Shown: positions 1-14,045 of the stretch, in pieces
How the letters are laid out: each line of letters starts with the position of its first letter
Position numbering within the stretch: the first letter of the stretch is position 1
NCBI GenBank assembly: GCA_038087875.1
Contig: CM075996.1
Location: forward strand, 6,698,001-6,762,000
Direction of reading: 5' to 3'
Source of the DNA: Malacoraja senta
Taxonomy: Eukaryota
Length of the DNA stretch: 64,000 nucleotides
Position numbers and translations under genes: made by a program
The notes under the pieces: generated by a model
What the model was told of the DNA's origin: nothing
Seen by the model: the letters and a program-made list of their open reading frames with translations, nothing else
The model's database searches: none

Positions 1-348
1 TCATTCGATAAAAAACAAGTACTGACAAGTTAACTTTTAATGTTACTGCCACTTGAATTGTCCACAGAAAAATAGAACGTAAAAATAGAATGGTGTTTTC
101 GTACAACTGAGATAATGTTCTGGAAGATATCTATCTTCAGGGCTTGAAGTCTGTTATTCTCTGAAGTGTCGTTTTAAAATGTGCTTAGATATTGGTTTGA
201 GTCTGCAGGGAGCGTTTTGATTTGGACAAGGCTTAGAGTGAAATAGTTAGATGTTTATTTGTCAGTGCGGGTGATCATTCACTAGGAGCAGATGGCAGGT
301 GAAAGCTGGTGAATTCACTGACTCCATGAGCATTGCTAAAAGATCAAA

Positions 349-646
349 GTGGGCTCTGTAGCGGTAGAGTTGCTGCCTTACAGCGCCAGAGACCCAGGTT
401 TGATCCTGACTACGGGTGCTGTCTGTACGAAGTGTGTACATTCTCCCTGTGACTGTGTGGGTTTCCTCCGGGTGCTCCGGTTTCCTCCCACAATCCAAAG
501 ACGTGCAGGTTTGTAGGTTAATTGACTTTGGTAAAGATTGGAAATTGTCCCTAGTGTGTTGGATAGTGTTAGTGTATAGAAATCACGAGTCGGCGTGGAC
601 TCGGTGGGCCGAAGGGCCTGTTCCGCATTGTAAATCTAAACTAAAC
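349..646 (+). mobile_element. HE1/V-SINE-like SINE
   Basis: Colinear with 56575-56883. Confidence 0.85.
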
Positions 647-1803
647 TATTTAAATTGGCTCTGTTTTCTGTCAGTCCTCCTCTGGTTCCAACGCACTGGA
701 TAAAGCAATGAAGTTGAAAAAGAGCCATCTCTTGAGAGAGCGTGACATTTCAGGCTAATGCTTCAAGAGTCAAGAGCGTTTTATTCAGTCTGGAGAAGGG
801 TCTCGACCTGAAACGTCACCCATTCCTTCTCTCCAGAGATGCTGCCTGTCCCGCTGAGTTACTCCAGCATTTTGTGCCTATCTTCGGTTTAAACCAGCCT
901 CTGCAGTTCCTTCCTACACAATGAAATTCTGACTTGCAGCCTCAGTGCAGTTCAAATGGAGCACTGCACCATTGGAGGTCACACCTTTCAGCAGAGACAT
1001 TAAACTGAACTCCTACCTGCTCTTTTAGGTGGAAATAAGAAGAAGAATTTGCTAAAATGTGGAAACAAAGAACTGCAAGTGCTGGTTTATACCAAAGATG
1101 GATACAAAGTGCTGGAGTAACTCAGCGGGTCAGGCAGTGTCGCTGGAGAAAATGGATGGGTGACGTTTCAGGTCGGTAGAAAGGTCCCAACCCGGAATGT
1201 CACCCATCCTTTTTTCTCCAGAGATGAGAGTGGGTCATACAGCTCACTCCCTCCATGACATACCAGTCAACCCGAGGAGTACCTTCAGCACAGACTGGTT
1301 CCACCAAGATGCAGGACAGAACGCCACAGCTTCTTCCCTGTGGCTATCAAACTGTACAACTCCTCCCCCTTCTGTTGATACAGAGTCGCTATATTATAAT
1401 AAATACTTTAATTAGAATACATACGGAGACCATCGAAATGAGTACTGTAGGCTCCGAGTCGTAGACTGACTCCTCTCCCCGGCCCCCCCCCCCCCCTCGC
1501 TCACCAAAGCTTTGCACACTTTAATTTCATGTATCTTGTGTTTTATGACAGTTGGCAGATCAATTTTCTTCCTGGAATAAATAAAGTTGTATTGTATCGT
1601 AGATGCTGCCTGATCTGCTGAGTTGCTCCAGAACTTTGCATCTCTCATTGGATGGTGTGTTATTGTTTCACAATGGAATCCATGCTGCCCATGTGAGGCC
1701 AACATTTATCCCCCTTGCAACGTTACTTAAACCAGACTTGCCTAGATATTAAGACATTGAAATTTCAAAATCCTTGCTGTGTGCAAATTGAATGGATTGT
1801 TAA

Positions 1804-2121
1804 AGGGCCTGTCCCACTGTACGAGGTAATTCAAGAGCTCTCCCGAGTAAATAAAAAAAATCAAACTCGTGGTAAGCACGTAGAATGTACGTAGCGGGTA
1901 CGTTGGAGCTCGGGGTGTCTCTTAGTGGCTCGTAACGCTAATGGCAGGTACTCGGGAAACGCGGTAAGCTCGTGAAGACTCGTGAAGATTTTTCAACATG
2001 TTGAAAAATGTCCACGAGAGCCTCGGGTACCTACGAGCGGCTATTACTGTAATTCTCCGAGTTCGAATCAGGGGAAACTCGGGAGAACTCTTGAATTAGC
2101 TCGTACAGTGGGACAGGCCCT
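1804..2121. mobile_element. Non-autonomous DNA transposon (MITE), PIF/Harbinger-like
   Basis: TIRs agggcctgtcccactgtacgag / ctcgtacagtgggacaggccct, flanked by TAA on both sides. Confidence 0.85.
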
Positions 2122-2339
2122 TAAGTCAAGAGTGTTTTATTGTCATATGTCCCAGAGAGAACAATGCAGCAGCACAACAGAATACATAGTATACTGTGAG
2201 CAATATAATAAATGAGAGAGAGAGAAACAAGTTTTGGGTGTGTACTTTTATAGGTGTAAACACATACTCACAAATACACACACATATAGATTATACACAC
2301 GCGCACGCACATACACACACCGGCACACACACACATACA

Positions 2340-2708
2340 TCAGAAGGTGCAGATCCAGAGCTAGCAACATTATGGGGGACCCCTACAACCCCAGTAATGG
2401 ACTGTTACAGCTGCTACGGTCAGGCAACTGCCTCCGCTGTCACGCTGTGAAAACAGAGAGGATGAGACGGAGTTTCTTCCCACAGGCCATTAGGACTGTA
2501 AACTCTGATCTCACCAGGGACTAACTTACTGTACTCATTTACTGTTGTGTTGTGTCTTTTTAAAATTGCTGGTGGGTTTTTCAAATATGTAAATACTGAT
2601 TCTTTTCTATTCTGTTCTGTATTTTTTTGTACAATCCACAGGAATTGCCACTTTCATTTCACTGCACATCTTGTATGTGTATGTGACAAATAAACTTGAC
2701 TTGACTTA
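2340..2708 (+). mobile_element. Rex1/Babar-like retrotransposon 3' end
   Basis: RCRSRASNIMGDPYNPSNGLLQLLRSG...RMRRSFFPQAIRTVN, then aataaa and a (GACTT)n tail. Confidence 0.65.
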
Positions 2709-2930
2709 ACTCACGTGCGCACACGCACACACGTACATGTACACGTACACACATAAAAGAAACAATAGTACAACAAACCCTAATAGTGCATGATACTGCG
2801 GTGACCACATTTTAAAAGTACTTAATCGTCAGGAAAAAAAACCTCTTTGGGGACCTTTTAAGAAGTGAATGAAATGCTTGTCTTATCACTTGCCGCCTCT
2901 TCAATGATGAACTCTGCTTTTGTCTGGCAG

Positions 2931-3059
2931 GTTGTCCCCAAACACCTTGGTGACGCCGCACAAGAAGAGCATGCTGGGAACCGGGAACTATGATGTCAAC
3001 GTGATCATGGCCGCTCTTCAGACGAAAGGTTACGAAGCTGTTTGGTGGGACAAACGAAG
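2931..3059 (+). CDS. JOSD1: Josephin-1 deubiquitinase, internal coding exon (129 bp, phase 2-2)
   Basis: tggcag|G...AG|gtagat splice sites. Translates (R)[42 protein letters not shown](R), near-identical to vertebrate JOSD1. The upstream exon lies outside the window. Confidence 0.96.
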
Positions 3060-3334
3060 GTAGATCTTTTATCTACATTTCACTCTGCGGTTTGAGCATG
3101 CAACCGTGGTTCTCTGCAAAACTCAATTGGATAACCCAGTCTTTGATAAACCAGTGATAGACACAAAGTGCTGGAGCAGATCAAGCAGCACCTCTGGAGA
3201 AAGAGGATGGGTGATGTTTCGGGTCGGGACCCTACTTCGGACTGTCAGTAGGGGGTGGAGTGGGAGTAAAGGCAAAGTCATTGGATATTTTTAAGGTGGG
3301 CGGGGGGGGGTTTGACTCATTCTTGATTCGTAAT

Positions 3335-3664
3335 AGCCCTGTCCCACGGTACGAGTTCATTCCAAGAGCTCTCCCGAGTTTTTAAAAAATCAAACTCATG
3401 GTAAGCACGGAGAATGAACGTGGCGGGTACGTCGGAGCTCGGGGACGTCTCTTAGCGGCTCGTAACACTAACGGCAGGTACTCGGGAAGACTCGCTAACG
3501 GCAGGTAAGCACGGGAAGACTCGTGAAGATTTTTCAACATGTTGAAAAATGTCCACGAGATCCCCGAGTACCGACGAGTGGCCATTACCGTAAATCTCCG
3601 AGTTCGAATCAGGGCAAACTGGGGAGAGAGCTCTTGGAATGAACTCGTACCGTGGGACAGGGCT
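3335..3664. mobile_element. MITE of the same family, inserted into a CR1 3' fragment
   Basis: TIRs agccctgtcccacggtacgag / ctcgtaccgtgggacagggct; internal sequence similar to 1804-2121. Confidence 0.83.
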
Positions 3665-6336
3665 TTAAGGGGGTTAGGGTTTATGGGGAGGAGGCAGGAG
3701 AATGGGGTTGAGAGGGAATGACAGATCACCCATGATTGATGGAGTAGACTTGATGGGCTGAATGGCCTACTTCTGCTCCTAGAACTTATGAAGAGCTCGA
3801 GGCGAAATAAGACCAGGACCAACCAGTACAGTGATAAACCAGTCTAGACTCAATGGAGAAGAAACATCTTCACTGAGGGAGGCATATTGTAACGTCATAA
3901 GGCAATGGAATTTCAATAAAAATATATTCTGCTTTGAGATTGATAATTTTCTTGCGCACAAAGGAAATTGAAGGGATTTAGACAAGGAAACGAAGGTAAA
4001 CTAGAAAATTGGTTATGATCATAGAGCCATATAGCGTGGAAAAAGGTCTTTCGGCCCAACTTGCCAACATCGACCAACATGTCCCATCTACACTAGTCCC
4101 TCCTCCTGTGCTTGGACCATATCTCTCTAAACTGTACAACTCATCCCCCTTCTGTGGTGGGGTAGACTGAGACTGACTCCTGACTCCTCTCCCCCACCCC
4201 AATCTTTGCACATCCCCAATCCTTTCCACTCGTCACTTTAATTCCATGTTTCGTGTATCTTGTGTTATATGTTGGCAGATCAATTTCCCTCCTGGGATAA
4301 ATAAATGTTGTATCGTAAACCTGTCCTGTCCATGTACCTGTCTAAATGTTTCTTAAACATTGCGACAGTACCTGCCTCAACGACCTCCTCCGGCAGCTCA
4401 TTCCGTGCACCCACCATCACGTTTATGTGAAAAAGTTCCTATTAAATCTTTCCCCCCCCCCCCCCTCACCTTAAACCTATGTCCTCGATTCCCCAACTCT
4501 AGGCAAGAGATTCTCTGCATTTACCCAGTCTATTCCGCCCATGATTTTGTACACCTCTATAAGATCACCCCTCATTCTCCTGCGCTGCAAAGAATAGTCC
4601 CAGCTTGCTCAACTTCTCCCTATAACAACAACCTCGTAAATCTTCTCTGCACTCTTTCCAGCTTTACAACGTATTTCTTATCACATGATGCCCAGAACTG
4701 AACACAATACTCGAAATGTGACCTCACCAACGTCTTATATCATTGCACCATGGCCTCCCAACTCCTATACTGATCTTATTCAATGTAGCAGCCTAACGGT
4801 AGTGTTCTATAACCATCTGAGGTGTTCAACTCCCACTGAAGTCAATAGGATTGCTTTTAAAGACAAAAAACACAAAATGCAGAAGTAACTCAGCGGGTCA
4901 GGCAGCATCTCTAGAGAAATGGATTGGGTGACGTTTCGGGTCGGGACCCTTCTTTAGACTCGGTCTGAAATCTTGTGTTTGGGTCGGGGCCCTGAAGAAG
5001 GGTCGCGACCCAAAATGTCACCTGTCCATGTTCTCCAGAGATGCTGCCAGACCCAGTGATTTACTCCTGCACTTTGTTTTTATTTGTAGTTCCTTGTTTC
5101 TACAGTAAGATTGCTTATTTGGCCACCTCTTTCGTTGCATTATGCGTCACTGTGCTGTGTGTAAAGCAGGTGCTTCATTTAACTACGATACAACAATGGA
5201 TCATTTTCATAAATACTTCAATGGTTTTCTGGATGTCTTTTCGCAAAGATGTGAAAAATATCATGCACATATTCCATTCCTACTTAAAACAATTCTGGTG
5301 CCGTTCCTCATTATTGAAGTGCCTTTTTCTATTATAGAAGAAAAGTGTTTGATTCTTTTGAGAATCACTTTTTGAACAGAGCTGGACATTGCCTCCGCTG
5401 TTTCATCCAGTGAGTTGGAACCAGAGAGACCTGACAGAAAACAGAATCTAGTTAAATAATTTGGGACAGCACAGTGGAGCGGCAGTAGAGTTTGCTGCCT
5501 TGCAACGCCAGAGACCCTGGTTCGATCCTGACTGCGGATGCTGTCTGTACGGAGTTTGTACGTTCTCCCTGTGATTGTGTGGGTTTTCGCTGGGCGTTCT
5601 GGTTTCCTCCCACGTTCCAATGTCGTACGGGTTTGTAGGTTAATTCGCTTCTGTAAATTGTCCCTAGTGAGTAGGATAGAACTTGGTGGGCTGAAGGTCC
5701 TGTTTCCACCCTGTATCTCTAAACTAAACTCAACTAGTGTTCATGAAAGATGGAAGACTGCACAAAGCTATAATAACATTTTGGCACGAGGAACTGCAGA
5801 TGCTGGTTCACAAAAACAGATTAAAAAGTGCTGAAGTAACTCAGCTGGTCAGACAGCATCTCAGGAACACATAAATAGGTGACGTTTTGGATCGGAGACA
5901 CATTGCTCAACCAATGTAAAGCACTTTGGCCAACGAGAGTTGTTTTTTAAATGTGCTATATAAATAAAAGTGACTTGACTTGACTTGACTTCTTCAGACT
6001 GATGGTAGACAAAAATGCTGGAGAAACTCAGCGGGTGAGGCAGTATCTATGGAGAGAAGGAATAGGCGCCATTTCGGGTCAAGACCCTTCTTCAGGTCTC
6101 GACCGGAAACGTCGCCTATTCCTTCTCTCCATAGATGCTGCCCCACCCGCTGAGTTACTCCACCATTTTTGTCTACCTTCGATTTTTCCAGCATCTGCAG
6201 TTCTTTCTTAAACATTTCTTCAGACTGATTGTCTTTTAGTTTTAGTTTAGAGATACAGCGTGGATACAGACCTTTCGGCAACCGAGTCCACGCCAACCAG
6301 CGGTTACTCGTACACTCGGAGTGGGACAGGTATGTT

Positions 6337-6991
6337 GCCTGTCCCACTTGGCCGTCATTCGCGCGCCATTTACGCGATCTGCTATGCTAGCGTGTGGGTA
6401 GTGCGTGGGTAGCGCGGGTCGGGCGCATGGAGTGGTGTGGAGGAGTGTGGAGTGGCGTTGAGGAGTGTGGACTTCGTCCTGCACAAAATCTTTGCGCGCC
6501 ACTGGCCTGTCGCGTAACTGACGGCCAAAGTGGGACAGGCCCAAGACCCTGGCGCGGCGCAACGTCCCACCTCCAACAGCGGCAGAAGCAGGCAAACGAT
6601 CGCCGAGCTCGGCCTGGGGCTCACGGCCGTTGCGGATCCGGATCCGCCCCCGCTCCTACTCCCAGAGCGGGGCCAAGACGATTGGAGATAGACACAAAAT
6701 GCTGGAGTAACTCAGCGGGACCGGCAGCATCTCTGTAGAGAAGCAATGGGTGACATTTCTGGTCGAGACCCTTCTTCAGACTGAAGAAGAGTCTCGACCC
6801 GAAACATCATCCATTCCTTCTCTCCAGAGATGCTGCCGGTCCTGCTGAGTTACTCCTGCATTTTGTGTCCATCTTCAAATGACGTCACGCGCTCCAGACG
6901 GCTGTGCGGACGCATGATGACACGCGCGACTGTCGTGCGTCAGTCGCTACCGGCCTGTCGCATAAATGACGGCCAAGTGGGACAGGCCCTT
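6337..6991. mobile_element. GC-rich MITE with related TIRs, containing a nested Penelope-derived palindrome
   Basis: gcctgtcccacttggccgtcatt ... aatgacggccaagtgggacaggc. Confidence 0.72.
6686..6875. repeat. Palindromic (fold-back) Penelope-derived short element
   Basis: gacacaaaatgctggagtaactcagc...cttcttcagactgaagaag...gctgagttactcctgcattttgtgtc: two arms of about 90 bp inverted around cagactg. Confidence 0.85.
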
Positions 6992-9900
6992 GACACTCAT
7001 ATAGTCCCTGGTGGACTCTTCGGAAGGTACAAGGTGCTAACACTATCCTACACACCAAGGGTAATTTATCAGTTTACTGAAGCTAATTAACTTGCAAACC
7101 TGTTCGTCTTTGGAGTGTGGACACCTGAGCACCAATAGAAAATCCACACGGTCGCAGGGAGAACATATAAACTCCATACAGGCAGCAACCGTGGTCAGGA
7201 TCAAACCCGGGTTTCTGGCGCTGTACTCCAGCACAGCAACTCTATCGCTGTGCCACCTTTTTGTAGGCGGGGAGAAAGCTGGAAGAGAGGTGGATTTAAG
7301 GGAAGGTTATTCAAGCAAACAAGGAGCAAGGAAATAAAAGGTCACACTAGCAGATTTAGACAAGGAAAAACAGGAGGAGATTAGAATGAAGCAGAAAAAC
7401 CAGTTTGGTGGAATGGTTGAATTCTTGGCCATTATCTGTGGTTGACTAATAAAAGAGCTAAAGATAATGGCAGGTCAGAAGGTTGAATGGAATATAATAG
7501 GCAAATAATTAAAAGATTAATAAGGAAGATTTTATTAACAGTGCAAGACAAAACTAGCCAGAAATGGGGGAAAAAAGAGGCATTAAAAGCTGCCTCACAG
7601 CATCAGAGACCCGGGTTCGATCCTGACCTTGGGTGCTGTCTGAGTGGAGTTTGCACGTTCACCCAGCGACCGTGTGGGTTTCGTCCATGTGCTCTGATCT
7701 GCACCCACATCCCAAAGACGTGTGAGTTTGTAGATTAATTGGGCTCAGTACATTGCCCACTAGTGTGTCGGTCGGGGTGGATAGAAAAATGGGATGACGT
7801 TGAACCAGTGTGAGCAGGTGATTGAAGGTCAGCATGGACTCGGTGGGCCAAAGGGCCTGTTTCCATGCTGTATCCTAAACTAAACTAATGCCTTTATAAA
7901 CATTTAAAAATAAAAATAGTTAACTAACTGGGCATTAGTCTTCTAGAAATAACAATGAAACCAATGATGTCTGATGAATTTGAGGCCGTTTATATCAATC
8001 TTTGCAATATGAGATATAAAATGACAGAAATAGCTACAATTTGAGAATTGGAAAGGAGAAAGAAACTCAGAAAAGATGCAATCATCAGGGAAGTGGTTCT
8101 GAGCAAATTTGTCGAGCTACAGGCTTCATGTCCCAGCTTCTGAAGTGGATAATGAGACCATGTGTTGATTTTCAAAAGTCCCCTAGATTTGAGGAAGATT
8201 CTGAAGAATTTGATTAGTACGGGTGTCGGGGATTATGGGGAAAAGGCAGAAAAGTGGGGTTAAGAGGGAAAGATGGATCAGCTATGATTGAATGGGGCAG
8301 TAGAGTTGATGGGCCAAACGGCCTAATTCTACTCCCATCACAAATGAACATTGTGAACATACGAAGAACGAAAAATAACAAAAAGAAGCCTTTACTCTAG
8401 TTGGTGTGGGTAGTCTTACAGTGATGTGTAGTCAAAATGCAGAAAGTGTAGTCAAAACATTAAAAAGACACAAAGCGCTGGAGTTACCCAGCGAACCATG
8501 CAGCATCTCTGGAGTACATAGACATAAACGTTGCAGGTCGGGACCCTTCTTCAGATTGATTGTGGCGGGAGAGGGGGGGGGGGGTGAAGAAAGCTGGAAG
8601 AGGAAGGACAGGACATATTGTGGGCAGGTTGTAGGTAAATACAGGTGAGGGGGGAGTGGGGCAGACAGATGGATGGACAAAGGCCAGAGATGAGAAGAAA
8701 ACATAAGGTGTGGGACAAAAGGATTGAAGAGTTGTGATTGTGAAGCCGGAGGAAGGAATGGAGGTTGACAGAAAATATAGCTTTAGTTTAGGGATACAGC
8801 ACGGAAAAATACCCTTTCCGCCCACTGTGTCCGCACCGACTAACGATCCCCGCATATTAACACTATTCTACACACACACACGAGGGACAATTTCCAATTA
8901 TCCCAAGCCAATTAGCCCACGCAGGTCATGGGGAGAGCGTACAAACTCCGTACAGGCAAGCACCTGTAGTCAGGATGGAACCCGGGTCTCTGGCGCTGTG
9001 AGGCAGCAACTCTACCGCTGCGCCACCGTTGATCCCCATTTGATGACGCTGGCAATGTTATATTTAAACAAATAAAACAATCACTTGTCATCGAAGGAAA
9101 CCGGCTGATTGGAAGTGATTTCTCGAATTTAGCTCTAATGTTGACAGTGTGACACTGGAATGTAAAAATTTCCCGACCCAAATAAACAGGACTGCGTTTG
9201 TTTGCAAAAAACAGTGAGTCATTGTGTGTTGAAGTGCACAGCGGAAATGCTGCAAGGTTGGATGGTCGTTTGCGTCTTCATGAAAACACGAGCAATCTCT
9301 TCTGCTTCTCTGCTTTTTATTTTCCTCTGCAGAATGGGTTTATGCCTGGAAGAAAAAAGTCTAAATGTTTTGAGTTCCGGCAATGATAGCTGACGTGATT
9401 TGTTTAACTTCGGGCTCCTGGTGCGCTCTCATTAAGATGACAGTCAGCTGCAGCATCTCAGTGGGGCTCATCTGGAAACTATGCAAGCGTATGTAATGTG
9501 CTCGGCACGTTAGCTCTGCGTCAGAGGCCTGCGAACCTACATGTGAGCTTTGAAAGTTGCTTTACGCTGATCTCACGATGATTCACAGGGACAAGTCGCC
9601 TCCAGCTTCCAAGTGGCCGGTGTTGTCCGTAGTTGGAGGCTTCAGTCGCGAACCGATTTTCTTATCTATCCTTCTGCAGCCATTGAGTCACGGCTAGAAT
9701 GTCTTCCCTGTGGCTGTTCAATAAAGCATGAGACTTTGGGAAAGAAACTGGCCATACAGTCCTGAAACGCGCTCAGCCAATTCTGTCGATAGACTGAAAA
9801 AGCTGAAGTGACTCAGCGGGTCAAGCAGCATCCCTGGAGAAAAGGAATAGGTTACGTTTCGTGTCGAGACCCTTCTTTGCTCCGCTGCCAATTCTCTAGT

Positions 9901-11339
9901 TTTGTTTAGTTCTTTAGTTTAGAGATACGGCGTCCTTTGCTGGTGAAACAGGCCCTTCGGCCCACCTGGTCCGCGCCATCCTGCACGCTAACACTATCCT
10001 ACACACGGCGGGACAATTTACAATTTTACCAAGCCAATCGGCCTACAAACCTATACATCTTTGGAGTGCGGGAGGAAAACCCATGCAGGTCAGGGGGAGA
10101 ACGTACAAACTCGGCACAGACAGCACCCGTAGTCAGAATCGAACCCAGGCGCTGTGAAGCGGCAACTCTACCGCTGTGCCATTGTGCTGCCATTTCTTCT
10201 CTTGGTCCGATGTGAGGGATTGGGATGCAACAGGTTGTACTTTTGTTCATTCACCCATCAGTGGTCATTGCAAATGTATATTCCTGACGGGTCATACAGT
10301 AAGTTTGTGTTGCCTTTAAGTCCATTCTGTTGTAGACCTCAGTCACTGCGCCTGTGAAATAAATAATACTTTCTGTTCCGTTTTAACCCAGGTTACATTT
10401 TACAAGCAAAATGTTCATTTTTCTTTCCAACATTATGTGAAATAATGAGGGGAATGGCTGGGATAAATTCACAGAATCTTTTACCCAAAGTAGGGGAGTC
10501 AAGAACCAGAGGACATGGGTTTAAGGTGAGAGGAGAAACATTTAATAGGAACCTGAGGAGCAACCTTTTCACTCTGACGGGGTTGGGCATATGGGACGAG
10601 CTACCAGAGCAGGTAGTTGAGGGAGGTACAATAGCATTTCATAGACACTCAGACGGGTGTATGGATAGGAAAGGTTCAGAGAGATATGGACCAAATACAG
10701 GCAAATGGGACTCGCATAGATGGGGCAATAGATCAGAAAAGGCAAGTTGGGTTTGTTTGCATGCTGTATGTCATAGAGTCATAGTTTGGAAAAAGGCTCT
10801 TCGGCCCAACTTGCCCACACTGATCAACATGCCCCATCTACACTAGTCCCACCTGCCTGGCCCATATCTCTCTAAACCTATCCTATCATGTACCTGTCTA
10901 AATGTTTCTTAAACGTTATGGTAGTACCTGCCTCAACTACCTCCTCCGGCAGCTCGTTTCATATACCCACCACCCTTTGTATAAGAAAAGTTGCCCCTCA
11001 GATTCCTATTAAATCTTCCCTCCCCCCCCCCTCATCTTAATCCTATGTGCTCTGGTTCTCGATTCCCCTATTCTGGGCAAAAGACTCTGCATTTACCCAG
11101 TCTATTCCTCTCATGATTTTGCACACCTCTATAAGATCACCCCTCATCCTCCTGCCCACCAAGGACTAAAGCCCTAGCATGCTCAACCACTGCCTAGAGC
11201 ACAGGCCATCGAGTCCTGGCAACATCCTCGTAAATCTTCACAGCATTTTCCCATAACATGGTGATCGAAACTGAACACAATATTCAATAGACAATAGGTG
11301 TAGGAGTATGCCATTCGGCCCTTCAAGCCAGCACCACCA

Positions 11340-11800
11340 TTTTATGTCATATGAGGAAAGATTGAAAAGACTAGGCTTGTCTTCACTGGAGTTTAGAAGG
11401 ATGAGGGGGAATCTTATAGAAACATATAAAATTATAAAAGGACTGGACAAGCTAGATGCAGGAAAATTTTTCCCAATGTTGGGCGAGTCCAGAACCAGGG
11501 GCCACAGTCTTAGAATAAAGGGGAGGCCATTTAAGACTGAGGCGAGAAAAAACTTTTTCACCCAGAGAGTTGTGAATTTGTGGAATTCCCTGCCACAGAG
11601 GGCAGTGGAGGCCAAATCACTAGATGGATTTAAGAGAGAGTTAGATCGAGCTCTAGGGGCTAGTGGAGTCAAGGGATATGGGGAGAAGGCAGGCACGGGT
11701 TATTGATAGGGGACGATCAGCCATGATCACAATGAATGGCGGTGCTGGCTCGAAGGGCCGAATGGCCTCCTCCTGCACCTATTTTCTATGTTTCTATGTT
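11340..11800 (+). mobile_element. CR1-clade LINE 3' fragment
   Basis: ORF 11308-11706 C-terminal CR1 motifs; (TTTCTATG)n tail. Confidence 0.88.
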
Positions 11801-12155
11801 TATGTGATCATGGCTGATCATCCCCAATCAGGACCCCGTTCCTGCCTCCTCCCCATATCCCCTGACTCCGCTATCTTGATCTATTGTAAGTATGGTATCA
11901 CCTATGTCTCGTCCAACTGTAACATGGCCTCCCAACGTCTGCACTCAATACTCTGACTGAAGAAGGTCAATGAGCTGAAAGCCATCTTCCAACTTCTACA
12001 CTCAGTACTCTTGACTGAAGAAGACCAATGTGCTGAAAGGCACCATGACCACGATGTCTACTTGTGAATGGTTGACTCTATGGACAAGGTTCTTGGCGTT
12101 TGTAGAGCACCTCCTGACATTTCTGCATTTTGTTTTTGTTTTTTGCTTCCCCCAG

Positions 12156-12350
12156 AGATGTTGACACCATCGCCCTCTCTAACGTGATGGGCTTCATCAT
12201 GAACATCCCCTCCAGCCTGTGCTGGGGCCCGGTGAAACTTCCGCTCAAACGGCAGCATTGGGTCGGTGTACGCGAGGTGGCGGGGATCTACTACAACCTC
12301 GACTCCAAGCTGAAGTTGCCCGATCAGATCGGCAACGAGGACGAGCTCCG
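12156..12350 (+). CDS. JOSD1: Josephin-1 internal coding exon (195 bp) carrying the catalytic His (RQHW) and Asp (NLDS) motifs
   Basis: Polypyrimidine tract + cccag acceptor and gtgagt donor. Translates [64 protein letters not shown](R), in phase with the previous exon. Confidence 0.97.
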
Positions 12351-13613
12351 GTGAGTGATCTGGCACCGTGCGGTTCAAGAGAGAGTTTATTGTCATGTGT
12401 CCCATTTAGGACAATGAAATTCTTGCTTTGCTTTAACACACCAGGACATAGTAGGCATGAATACAGAACAGATCGTGTGTCCATATACCATTGTATAAAA
12501 ATATACACACATGAATAAATAAACTGATAAAGTGCAAATAATAGATAATGGGCTTTAATGTTCAGAGTTTTGTCCGTGCCGAGTTGAATAGCCTGATGGC
12601 TGTGGGGGAGTAGCTATTCCTGAACCAGGTCGTTGCAGTCTTCAGGCTCCTGTACCTTCTACATGAAGGTTGTGGTGAGATGAGTGAGTGGCCAGGATGG
12701 TGTGGGTCCTTGATGATACTGCCAGCCTTTTTGAGGCAGCGACTGTGATAGATCCCCTCGATGGATGGGGGAGGTCAGAGCCGGTGATGCGTCGGAAGGG
12801 GAGTGGAAATGGTTGGTACCAGGAGATCCAGTAGGCCTCGGCGGACCGAGTGCGAGTGTTCACAAGTTCGAATCCCACCACGGCAGCTGGGGAATGAAAT
12901 TCAGTTCAATAAATAAATCTGGAATTCAGTCACTTCAATCTGGCATGATTGGGAAGGACTATATACTGCATGAAGGCTTTGCCAGTGATAGCCACACAAA
13001 CACAAAGTTTCTCACAATTTTTTCTAATTCACCAACACGGTTAGAATGGGCTGACTGGCTGCTCCGGTTTCCTCCCATATCCCAAAGATGTGCGGGTTTG
13101 TAGGGTTATTGACCCCTGTAAACAGTCCCCAGTGTGTCGGGAGTTAATGAGAAATTGGGAATAACATAGAACCAGAGCGATCGAGTGATCAATAATCACC
13201 ATGGACTCGGGTGGGCCAAAGGGCCTGTTTCCATGCTGTATCTCCAGACTATAGCCACATCTTATTTTAGTGATGTTTGGGAAGGAACTGCAGATACTGG
13301 TTTATACCGACCCAGATAGACACAAAATGCGAGAGTAACTCAGAGGGACAGGCAGCATCTCTGGGTGGCGTTTCTGGTCGTGGCCTTTCTTCAGAATGAG
13401 AGTCGGGGGAGAGGGAGACACAGAGAAATGGAAGGGTAAGGTGTGAAAAGGAAACTTTGAAGGGGATGAAGGTCATGGAAAATCCTTGGTGCAGTGATGG
13501 TTGCGATCATCAGGAGGCGCGTCTAACATAACATGATCTCCCTCGTCTACACGCATGTGATTGTGTGTGGTCTAATCCATGACCCCCTCCTCAAACTACT
13601 GGCCGAACCTTAA

Positions 13614-14045
13614 AGGGCCTGTCCCACGGGCATGCGACTCCATGCGGCAAGCGCAAGCGGGGGCCGCGCGGAGGTCGAGTGATCCCCGTACAGGGCCGGT
13701 CCCACCAGCATGCGGCAAGCGCTACCAAATCGGAAGCGGGGGCCGCGCGGAGGTCGAGTGACGTCAAGACGGTGCGTACGGCGGCGAGGCGGTGCGGACG
13801 GCCTCGCTGCGGCTGCGTCCGGCGTCGAGGCGGTGCGCACTGCCGTCGAAGGCGGCTGCGGGCCGGCAGGCCGTTGCCGCACGGACTTTTTGAACACTGT
13901 CCGTTTTTCAGAGCCCCGCGCGATGTCGGGACCAGCTCCGCACAGCTCCATACGGCTCCAGCGATCGAAGTGGGACCGGCCCCGTGACCTCCGCGCGGCC
14001 CCCGCTGCGGTTAGGTCGCGCTTGCTGCATGGAGTCACAGGCCCT
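13614..14045. mobile_element. GC-rich MITE with related TIRs
   Basis: taa|agggcctgtcccac...gactccatgcggcaagcgc / gcgcttgctgcatggagtcacaggccct|taa. Confidence 0.78.
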
